Shown in pieces: positions 1 through 7,804 of a stretch of DNA of 64,000 bases (position 1 is the stretch's first letter; every line of letters begins with the position of its first letter). The DNA comes from an uncultured Dehalococcoidia bacterium (lineage in GTDB: Bacteria; Chloroflexota; Dehalococcoidia; Lucifugimonadales; CAJWER01): positions 1,371,158-1,435,157 of the forward strand of contig OY282442.1 of assembly GCA_958296115.1 (NCBI GenBank), written 5' to 3'. The notes below the pieces were generated by a model, which was not told the origin of the DNA, ran no database searches, and saw nothing but the letters and a program-made list of their open reading frames with translations. The translations under genes were made by a program, and so were the position numbers.

Positions 1-29
1 ATGCAATCGCGCGTTGCCCGAGGCTAACG

Positions 30-881
30 ATGGCCGCAACTCCAACCACTATGACGATGCTGCCCTACCGCAGGATGGGCGACATCGACTACGACAGCCT
101 CGACTTCGACCCCAACGAAATCGTAGATAAGCCCGAGGCCATGGAACAGAGACTCCCTCAGGAGGAGGTCGTCGGGCTCCTCCGCGCACATCTCACCGAC
201 TTCAACCGGCGCGCTGACATCTTCCTCGACGCCGACACCATCATCTGCTACGACCGACGAGACCTGAACGTCCGAGTCTCGCCTGACGTGTACCTGGCAT
301 TCGGCGTTGACGCCAGGGCCATCCGGCCACGCAAGCTGTACCTGCCCTGGGAGGTTGGCAAGCCCCCGGATTGGGCGCTGGAGATAGCGTCATCCAGCAC
401 GGGGCGCGAGGACGTGGGCAGGAAGCGGCGGATATACGCGCGAATTGGCATCCCGGAGTACTGGCGCTTCGACCCGACCGGGGGCGATTATCACGGGCAG
501 GCTCTGGGCGGCGAGCGCCTGGTCGAGGGCGTGTACCAGCCCATAGAGCTTACGACGGAGCCGGACGGCATCCTGAAGGGATACAGCCCGGTCCTGGGGA
601 TGAGCCTGTGCTGGGACGAGGGCTGGCCCCGGTTCTACGACCCGCGAGCCGGAGCCTACCTGGAGAGTTGGGAGCGCGTCTCGGAGGCGCGGATGGACGC
701 CGAAGCGCGCGCGGACGACGCCGATGCCCAGGTTGCGGTCGAGCAGGCCGCACGCTTGGCCGCGGAAGCTCGCGCCGCTGTCGAGAGGGACGCGCGATTG
801 GACGCCGAGACTCGCGCCGCCAACGCCGATGCCGAGCTGCGTCGTCTCAGGGAGCTGCTGCGCCGTCAATCAGGCGGTTAG
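30..881 (+). CDS. Uma2-family (DUF820) PD-(D/E)XK endonuclease-like protein with Ala/Arg/Asp-rich C-terminal tail
   Basis: 283-aa ORF. The core PDVYLAFGV...PPDWALEIASSST...RRIYARIGIPEYWRFDP fits the Uma2 signature. The last ~70 aa are low-complexity A/R/D/E. Confidence 0.75.
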   Translation: MAATPTTMTMLPYRRMGDIDYDSLDFDPNEIVDKPEAMEQRLPQEEVVGLLRAHLTDFNRRADIFLDADTIICYDRRDLNVRVSPDVYLAFGVDARAIRPRKLYLPWEVGKPPDWALEIASSSTGREDVGRKRRIYARIGIPEYWRFDPTGGDYHGQALGGERLVEGVYQPIELTTEPDGILKGYSPVLGMSLCWDEGWPRFYDPRAGAYLESWERVSEARMDAEARADDADAQVAVEQAARLAAEARAAVERDARLDAETRAANADAELRRLRELLRRQSGG

Positions 882-2344
882 ACCAGCCCCCTGGACTCGC
901 CCCGCGCTATCGAAAGGACCAGCGCGGCCAGGGCGAGGCCCGCGGCGACCAAGTACGCCCTGTGCAGGCCAGCCACGAACGACGCCTTCAGGCCATCCCC
1001 GCCGCTCTCGGACACCGCCGCCAGGCTAGGCTCGTATCCCATTGCCCCCATCGTGAAGGCGACGATGGTCGTGGCGACCGCGATCCCCATGACGTTCGAG
1101 GACGTCCGCGTAACGTTCAGCAGCGCGGAGGCGATGCCGTACCGCTCCCGCGCCAGGCCGCTGGTTATCGCGCTCGTGTTCGTGGACGAGAAGGCGCCCA
1201 TGCCCGCGCCGGACAGGGCCATGCCCGCCATCACGTGGATCGGCGGCGAATCGACGCCCAGCCGCCAGAAGACGAGCATCGCGGCGGTGGACAGCGCCAT
1301 TCCTCCTGCGGCCAGCCACCTGGTGCCGATGCGGTCCGACAGCCGACCGCTGATAGGGCCCGTCGTCGCCATCAATATCGAGCCCGGCAGCATCATCAAG
1401 CCAGCGTCCCGGGCCGAGTAGCCGAGTACCTGTATCAGGAAGAAGGGTATGAGGAAGAAGACCGACGACCCGGCCAGGAAGGATAACGCGCGGGCGGAGA
1501 CGCCGATGGAGAATATCCTGCTCTCGAACAGCCCCAGGTCCAGCATCGGCTCCGATGTGTGACGCTCCCACAGCACGAACCCAATGGCCAGCATCCCTGC
1601 CAACGCCAGCCCCGCGACGATGGGCGGCGAGGACCACCCCAGCCTGTGGGCGTTGGTCATGCCCAGCAGGAACGCGACCAGCGCGGACGAGGACAGAACC
1701 GCGCCCGGCCAATCGAAGGAGAACCTCTTGCCTCCCGGCCGGCGCTCTGTCCTTCCCCGCTTCAGCACGGCCGCGGCTGCCAGAAGAGCCACAAGCCCGA
1801 CCGGGACGCCCGCGAAGAAGACCGCCCGCCACCCATAGGCGCTCACGAGCAGCCCGCCTGCAATCGGTCCCGTGATAGACCCCGTGCCGATGATGGTCAT
1901 GTACATCCCAAGCGCCTTGCCGCGCTCTTCGCGTGTGAACACGTCGATTATCATGGCCATGCCGTTCGCCTGTATCGCGGCTGCCGCCGCGCCCTGAAGA
2001 ACCTTCGCGGCGACCAGCGCGGGAAAGCTCTGGGACACGCCGCCGAGAGCGCCCAGCGCGATGAAGCCGACCAGCCCGGACATGAAGACGCGCTCCCGGC
2101 CCAGCATGTCGGAAACGCGGCCCATTGGCAGCAGCAGCGCGCTCGTGCTGAGGATGTAGCCCAGTACTATCCATTGCGCCGTGGGGATGTCGAGGGCGAA
2201 CCTCTCGGCGATGCGGGGGACGGCCAGGTTCACGCCCGACTGGTCCATCACCGTGAGGAAGAGCCCAACGGCTATCGCCCCGTAGGCCCACCACTTGTAG
2301 TGGACGCTGGAGGCTAGCCGGCGCGACGGGCCGATGGAGGTCAT
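878..2344 (-). CDS. MFS transporter, DHA2/EmrB-like (about 14 TM segments)
   Basis: 488-aa hydrophobic ORF with the MFS loop motif GRVSDMLGRER after TM2. Its stop overlaps the convergent Uma2 stop by 4 nt. Confidence 0.8.
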   Translation of the reverse strand: MTSIGPSRRLASSVHYKWWAYGAIAVGLFLTVMDQSGVNLAVPRIAERFALDIPTAQWIVLGYILSTSALLLPMGRVSDMLGRERVFMSGLVGFIALGALGGVSQSFPALVAAKVLQGAAAAAIQANGMAMIIDVFTREERGKALGMYMTIIGTGSITGPIAGGLLVSAYGWRAVFFAGVPVGLVALLAAAAVLKRGRTERRPGGKRFSFDWPGAVLSSSALVAFLLGMTNAHRLGWSSPPIVAGLALAGMLAIGFVLWERHTSEPMLDLGLFESRIFSIGVSARALSFLAGSSVFFLIPFFLIQVLGYSARDAGLMMLPGSILMATTGPISGRLSDRIGTRWLAAGGMALSTAAMLVFWRLGVDSPPIHVMAGMALSGAGMGAFSSTNTSAITSGLARERYGIASALLNVTRTSSNVMGIAVATTIVAFTMGAMGYEPSLAAVSESGGDGLKASFVAGLHRAYLVAAGLALAALVLSIARGESRGLV

Positions 2345-2435
2345 CCGGTTGAGTCTAGCCCGCGGCAGTCCGGCCGGTCAAACGCTCCGCAAGCTTCGGA
2401 CGTCCATTGGCGGCGGTACAGCGCCTGCGGGACGT

Positions 2436-3602
2436 CTACGAGACCTGGCGCATGATGTTGTACATGTGCATGTACAGCTTGAACGCCTCGCGGACGTAGC
2501 CAATCGGCCCGATGCCTCCGGACTCCCCCACGTGGACCTGTATCTGCCGCTGGAAGAACGAGAACTCCGTGTGATACGTATCGCTCCTGCCGAGCGCCGC
2601 CGCGAGCCGGCGGGACTCCTCCGACGGCACCAGCTTGTCGCCAGTGTCGTGCATGATGAGCATACGAGCCTCCAGCCGGTCTATGGCCGCGCTCGGCGAT
2701 ATGGCCTGGAAGAACTCGGCTGTCGCCGGTGACAGCGCCGCGATGACGCCGTCGGCCTCCTCCGGCGGAACGCCCTTCAGCAGCCGATAGGCGGCGCGCG
2801 CGTCCGGAGCCAGCGACGAAACGCCGGCCTCCGCGGCTGCGTCATCGTCCACGAATACGCGGGTCAGCGCCGCGCGGTCGGCGTCATTCACGACACCCTC
2901 TATCAGGTGGTCGCGGAAGACGCGATATACCAGCGAGTCAGGCTCCCAAGGCGACGCGTAGCCGTCCCCAAAGCGGCTCCTGCTGCCGATGGCCTTGGCG
3001 AAGTCCGCCGCGTCGTAGTAGCCCGCGAAGAAGTTCACGAAGCTCACGTCGCTCCTGATGCGCTCGTCCTGCGCCGCCACAGTCGCAAGGGACGCCCCCA
3101 CGCATATCCCGCCCATTCCCACCCGCTCCGGGTCCACGGAGTCCAGGGTCCGCAGATGCTGGAAGGCGCGGACCAGCGCGTCAACGTCCTCGACCGCGAT
3201 GCGTCCCGTACGCTGCGTTTCGGACCATGGGATCATCACCGCCATGCCCGCGCGGGCCAGCCCCTTGCCCAGGGCTACTATCCGAGGGTCGAACCGACCG
3301 CCCGGCACGACGCCCTGGAAGAAGACCACGGCGGCGTGCCGTCCGTCTCCCGCGGGCCTGTACAGGTCCGCCACCCCCTGCCCGGAAGCCGTCTCGTAGC
3401 CAATCTCCTCCACGATAGGCTCGCGTGAGAGCCAGGATTGCGGCTTGATGGGGATGTCGGGCAGCACCTCTGGGATGAACAGCGCCGCGCGGGCGGCTGC
3501 CCTGCCCTGCGGCGTAACGACGGCGAGGAGCGCAACCGCCAGCGCGAGCCCGGCAAGCGCGGCCAGCGCTCGCAACGCGAATTTCCGGAGCTTCGAGAGC
3601 AC
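2436..3602 (-). CDS. Membrane-anchored alpha/beta hydrolase, dienelactone-hydrolase-like (Cys nucleophile)
   Basis: 388 aa with an N-terminal hydrophobic anchor (ALAALAGLALAVALLAVV). The nucleophile elbow is GGICVGAS (G-x-C-x-G), and there is a late HD pair (IMHDTGDKLVP). Confidence 0.6.
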   Translation of the reverse strand: MLSKLRKFALRALAALAGLALAVALLAVVTPQGRAAARAALFIPEVLPDIPIKPQSWLSREPIVEEIGYETASGQGVADLYRPAGDGRHAAVVFFQGVVPGGRFDPRIVALGKGLARAGMAVMIPWSETQRTGRIAVEDVDALVRAFQHLRTLDSVDPERVGMGGICVGASLATVAAQDERIRSDVSFVNFFAGYYDAADFAKAIGSRSRFGDGYASPWEPDSLVYRVFRDHLIEGVVNDADRAALTRVFVDDDAAAEAGVSSLAPDARAAYRLLKGVPPEEADGVIAALSPATAEFFQAISPSAAIDRLEARMLIMHDTGDKLVPSEESRRLAAALGRSDTYHTEFSFFQRQIQVHVGESGGIGPIGYVREAFKLYMHMYNIMRQVS

Positions 3603-3608
3603 GGCGAA

Positions 3609-4646
3609 TCAGACCTGCATTATCTTCTGCCGCGACATGGACCAGCCGCCCCAATCGGCCCCGCACTCCGGACACGACGCCGCGTCCGCGATGACCTTGG
3701 CTCCGCACCCGCCGCACCAGAGCAGCCATCCGCGCCGACCTTCAGGCATATCCGGAACGACGAACCCCGCGGCGTCCATTATCGCGTGGGTCATCTTCAT
3801 TATCTCCACCGCGTCCCGGCCAGAGTTGAGGGGCGGCGTATCGTTCCTGACGCAATCCATGAAGTGGCGCATCTGCGCGGCGACGGTATCTACAGGCTCC
3901 AGCTCCTCGACGACCTTCCCGCCGCGAAGTACCCTGCCAGCCCCGCTGCTCGTGTTGTCTATGAATACGGAGTAGCCGCCTCCGTAGGCGGTGAATCTCT
4001 CGCTCCGGCCTCCGCTGCCGTGGCTGGCGGTCATCTGGCCCAGCGCCCCGCTCTCGAATCGGATGCTCGCAACGACATTGCCCTCCTGCGTCTCGTCGCT
4101 CATCTCGCCATGGGCCCTAATCTCCGCGGCCCGGCCGCACATGAAGTGGAGCGGATTGACGACGTGGATTCGGACGAGGGACAGGTACGCTGGGTTGGGG
4201 CGCGCGTAGTCCGCCATCACCACGTCGGGCCCCGTTTCGCCGAATATCTCCTTCGCCCGCAGCAGGCCGAAGGTCCGATTCCAGGCGACCATCATGTGCT
4301 TGCCTGCCCTGTCAGCCGCATCCGCCATAGCCTGGGTGTCCGCCACAGTGTAAGCGGGCGGCTTCTCAACCAGCACGTGCCGCCCGGCCTCCAGCGCCGT
4401 GATGGCCTGGTCCTTGTGGGCCAGGTCCGGCGTGAGCACGAGAACGGCGTCCAGCTCGACGCTGTCCAGCATCTGGCTCAGCAGGGGAAACGCGGCGTCC
4501 ACCCCGAACTCGCGCGCCGCGACCGCCAGCCGGCTCTCGTCGAGGTCCGCTAGAGCGGTAACCGCCACGTCGTCGAGGGCCGCCGCGGCCCGCGCAAGCT
4601 GGATGCCGCGATGCCCAACCCCCGCTATGCCAACGCGAATTGTCAT
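3609..4646 (-). CDS. Gfo/Idh/MocA-family NAD(P)-dependent oxidoreductase with C-terminal zinc-ribbon tail
   Basis: N-terminal Rossmann motif IRVGIAGVGHRG. The body is typical of the family (EKP motif in VLVEKPPA). The extra C-terminal CGGCG...CPECG forms a CxxC...CxxC pattern. Confidence 0.75.
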   Translation of the reverse strand: MTIRVGIAGVGHRGIQLARAAAALDDVAVTALADLDESRLAVAAREFGVDAAFPLLSQMLDSVELDAVLVLTPDLAHKDQAITALEAGRHVLVEKPPAYTVADTQAMADAADRAGKHMMVAWNRTFGLLRAKEIFGETGPDVVMADYARPNPAYLSLVRIHVVNPLHFMCGRAAEIRAHGEMSDETQEGNVVASIRFESGALGQMTASHGSGGRSERFTAYGGGYSVFIDNTSSGAGRVLRGGKVVEELEPVDTVAAQMRHFMDCVRNDTPPLNSGRDAVEIMKMTHAIMDAAGFVVPDMPEGRRGWLLWCGGCGAKVIADAASCPECGADWGGWSMSRQKIMQV

Positions 4647-4733
4647 GTTGCAAGTATCGGATGCCAGGCTATTCCGTTAACCCAGCCTATCCTGAGTCCT
4701 CACGTTTCATCATACTGACCGCCGTCGGCCCGT

Positions 4734-5372
4734 TCAAGAAGCCTGCTCCCCGGCGTCCAGGCCGTACTCTGCCAGGATAGACCGCATCAGGCGGCGCGGC
4801 TCGACCCCTGGACCCGGCTGGAACGCCTCCGCGTGGATGCCGACGCTGCGGGCCCCGGCGACGTTCGCCTCTTGGTCGTCGATGAAGAGCGCATCGCCCG
4901 GAGGCAGGCCGAGCTCGTCGAGTATCGCCTGGAAGTAGGCCGTGTCGGGCTTCTTCCGCCCCATGTCGCACGAGTAGAACTCCCTGTCGAACAGCTCCGA
5001 ATACCCCAGCGCCCCGGACATGTAGCGGGCGCGGTAATGCATCTGGTTGGACGCGAGGCAGCACAGGACGCCCCGCGAGCGCAGGCCGCGCACGATGCCG
5101 ACGATGTCCTGGTCGGCGCGGATGGTCTTGGAAGCGTCTATGAAGACGCCGACCCGCCCCGGCCTGCCCCACTCCGCCAGCAGGTCCGACATCGTGTCGT
5201 GGAAGCTCCCCTGCCCCGCCAGCGCCGGGCCCTCGGCCTTCCATACCTCCATGTAGCGCTCCTCGACGTCCTCCGGCGGGAGCGCCAGGATGTCGGTCAG
5301 GACGGAATGGAGGGTAACGTCCTGGCGCTGGAGCACGCCGTCCGCGTCGAGCAACACCGCCCTGATAGCCAT
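4734..5372 (-). CDS. HAD-superfamily hydrolase (subfamily IA-like)
   Basis: Nucleophile motif LLDADGVL and a late DD motif (FIDDQEANV). A GGAGG lies 5 nt upstream of the ATG at 5372. The track ORF starts 10 codons earlier, at 5402. Confidence 0.75.
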   Translation of the reverse strand: MAIRAVLLDADGVLQRQDVTLHSVLTDILALPPEDVEERYMEVWKAEGPALAGQGSFHDTMSDLLAEWGRPGRVGVFIDASKTIRADQDIVGIVRGLRSRGVLCCLASNQMHYRARYMSGALGYSELFDREFYSCDMGRKKPDTAYFQAILDELGLPPGDALFIDDQEANVAGARSVGIHAEAFQPGPGVEPRRLMRSILAEYGLDAGEQAS

Positions 5373-5466
5373 GGCGCCTCCTGTATGCCGCCGAACAATC
5401 AAGCCCCGGCATTATAACAACTCGTCTGCTAGAATCCCCTCGTTCACGCGAACGGCGGAGGGACGC

Positions 5467-6021
5467 ATGGACTCGCTTTGGATATACGTCCTGTGGGGAT
5501 TCGGAGCGTACCTGCTCGGCTCCATATCCTTCGGCGACGTCGTGGCGCGCATTATCGGGGTCCAGATACGGGACATGGGAACCGGCAACCCCGGCGCCGC
5601 CAACATGTTCCGAGAAGTGGGCCCGCGCTACGGGGCCCTCGTCCTCGCGCTCGACCTCGCCAAGGGTCTGGCCGTAACCCTGCCCGCCTTCCTGTTGGAC
5701 CTGCCATGGGCCGCGCTGGCCGGCGTATCCGGCGCGCTGGCCGGTCACTTCGCGCCAGTCTTCTGGAGGTTCCGGGGCGGCACGGGCATGGCTGCGGCCA
5801 TGGGCATGGCCTTCGGGCTCGTGCCAGCGGGCGCGCTAATCGCGGCGCCAGTAGCGCTGATTACGCTGCGCCTGTCCAAGAACTCGGGCGTCTCCGGCGC
5901 GCTGTTCTTCCTGCTGGCAGTCGCCGCCGGCTGGCTGATCCACAGGGAGCCAGCTTACCCCGCCATAGTGCTGGCCAGCGCGGCGGCGGTGCTAATAAAG
6001 AGCCGAATCCAGTACCGCTGA
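5467..6021 (+). CDS. plsY: Glycerol-3-phosphate acyltransferase PlsY
   Basis: 184 aa counted from the internal ATG at 5467. Matches the PlsY family: LLGSISFGDVVARI...GTGNPGAANMFR...AGHFAPVFWRFRGGTG. The upstream part of the track ORF is antisense to the HAD gene. Confidence 0.85.
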   Translation: MDSLWIYVLWGFGAYLLGSISFGDVVARIIGVQIRDMGTGNPGAANMFREVGPRYGALVLALDLAKGLAVTLPAFLLDLPWAALAGVSGALAGHFAPVFWRFRGGTGMAAAMGMAFGLVPAGALIAAPVALITLRLSKNSGVSGALFFLLAVAAGWLIHREPAYPAIVLASAAAVLIKSRIQYR

Positions 6022-6120
6022 CCATCTGTCAATATAGGGCAGGACGAGGACTGGCGCTTCTCAGTTTGACCTGACTCTGGTTCTCACGTTGATAGTCGTC
6101 AACATAGGAGGCAATGCAAC

Positions 6121-6468
6121 ATGGGAATGTCTCAAGAACTCACGGTGACTCTGGTTCTCGCATTGATAGTGGTTAACATCATATGCGGGGGCTTCGCCTC
6201 GTTCGTGGCGAGCACAAAGGGCAGGGAGGGAGTTAGCTGGTTCCTCTTGGGGTGCCTCTTTGGGTTCATTGCGCTGGTGGCGGTGGGCCTTGCAGAACCC
6301 ATAGACCGGGCAAGGCAGTTGAGAGAGGAGCGTGACAGGTTGAACGAGGAGCAGGACAGGTTGAACGAGGAGCAGGACAGGTTGAACGAGGAGCAGGACA
6401 GGCGCGAGCGTGAAATGTGGAGGGAGGAGCAGGCGGAAAGGGAGGAGCGTGATAGGTTGAACGAGTAG
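6121..6468 (+). CDS. Small two-TM membrane protein with a charged EEQDRLN heptad-repeat tail
   Basis: 115 aa with two hydrophobic helices followed by REERDRLN-EEQDRLN-EEQDRLN-EEQDRRE. A GGAGG sits 10 nt upstream of the ATG. Confidence 0.55.
   Translation: MGMSQELTVTLVLALIVVNIICGGFASFVASTKGREGVSWFLLGCLFGFIALVAVGLAEPIDRARQLREERDRLNEEQDRLNEEQDRLNEEQDRREREMWREEQAEREERDRLNE
6325..6402. repeat. 21-bp in-frame tandem repeat (3.7 copies) gaggagcaggacaggttgaac
   Basis: Units at 6325-6345 (2 mismatches), 6346-6366, 6367-6387 and a partial unit at 6388-6402. A further diverged unit lies at 6442-6462. Confidence 0.85.
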
Positions 6469-6587
6469 AGGAGGTAGGAGGCGATTATGCCAAGAGGACC
6501 ACAGCGACAGAAGCGGTCCACCCTGTGGCGTGGCGCATCCCGCCCTTCTGGAACCTCCTCGTCGGCGCCGGCATGGCTAGGACGCCA

Positions 6588-7769
6588 TCAATGCGCGTCG
6601 AGGCGGAACGTCACCCTGACGTACTTGTTGCGCTCGTCCTGCACGATCTCGGGCTCCATGCCGTTGAACTCGCGCATCGCCTTACGCATCACGGGCCAAC
6701 CTCTGCCTCGTTGCTCCATGAACCCCTTGACGAGCATATAGTTCGCCATAGATTCGTTCCTCGACCTCGGATGCGCGCCAGCGCGCACGCTCTCCACGCT
6801 CATGTGATTCGGCAGCGCCCCTGGGCTGGTTACGTCAACGTGCCCGGAAAAGACCTCGAATAGCGTCTTGGAGCCGGTAATCGCATAGTCACGATGGACT
6901 ACGGCGTTCACCAACGCTTCCCGAACCGCCGCTCGCGGCAGCAATGGACGGTCCTCACGAACCAGTCCCGCATAAGACTCGAACCGCCCAAGACCCAAAA
7001 ACCACCCGACCGCTCGTCGAACCTGCTCGTCCAAACGACCTGTGGCCTCGGCGACCTGCAGTACTTCCGACGCCCTATCTTCACCCCCATACGCGACGCA
7101 ATCTACGCGAAAATTGCGTGTCTGGGGGTAGCGCTGAGGTTCCTTGCCAAAGGCCACGACGCCGTAGAGCGTCGGATACAAGGCGCCTCCAAGCTCGGCC
7201 GTCACGCCCCGATTGCGAAGGTCATCCTCGTTATCGAGCTGGGGATCGTCCTCCATATCGAGTCCAAGTCCATGCAGATAGGAGCGAAAGGCGTGGAGGT
7301 CTATATGCGCAGACGTCGCAGCCTGTATCGTGCGCTCCTCGGTGAGGATGTACCCAAAGGCGTTGTAAAGCTCCTGAAGCTCGACCGCCGACGGCTCGAC
7401 GTTGCTGCGTTCACGCCGAACCCACACCCGGCCGCTGTAACGCAATGGTTCGAACCCGCGTTGCCGAGGCGTCTCCACCCAATGCACCCAGCCCTTCGGA
7501 CCCTCATGCCGTCCACACTCTGCGGAAACAGGCGCGCTGCATCCTGTCTGGAGGAACTGGGTCAGCCGCTCCTGAACACGCTCGGCATCCTCCCGCACGC
7601 CCACGATTTCACGGGAATCCCCTATGCCCAGGATGATAACGCCGCCCTCGGTGTTTGCAAAGGCGCAAATCGCCCTGCCAACTCCCGACAGGTCCCCAAG
7701 CCCGCGTTTGAACTCGGTCACACGGCTCTCGCCCGCTTCGATGCGCCTCAGAACACCCAGCCAATCCAT
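6588..7769 (-). CDS. AlbA_2 (Schlafen-like divergent AAA) / HATPase_c_4 putative DNA-binding protein
   Basis: 393 aa. The N-terminus ESRVTEFKRGL...AICAFANTEGGVIILGI is the AlbA_2 signature. The C-terminal half (REALVNAVVHRDY...) resembles the RecG-like putative ATPase domain. Confidence 0.7.
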   Translation of the reverse strand: MDWLGVLRRIEAGESRVTEFKRGLGDLSGVGRAICAFANTEGGVIILGIGDSREIVGVREDAERVQERLTQFLQTGCSAPVSAECGRHEGPKGWVHWVETPRQRGFEPLRYSGRVWVRRERSNVEPSAVELQELYNAFGYILTEERTIQAATSAHIDLHAFRSYLHGLGLDMEDDPQLDNEDDLRNRGVTAELGGALYPTLYGVVAFGKEPQRYPQTRNFRVDCVAYGGEDRASEVLQVAEATGRLDEQVRRAVGWFLGLGRFESYAGLVREDRPLLPRAAVREALVNAVVHRDYAITGSKTLFEVFSGHVDVTSPGALPNHMSVESVRAGAHPRSRNESMANYMLVKGFMEQRGRGWPVMRKAMREFNGMEPEIVQDERNKYVRVTFRLDAH

Positions 7770-7804
7770 TCCTGAACCCCTAATACACGCGCCATCACTT
7801 CCCC

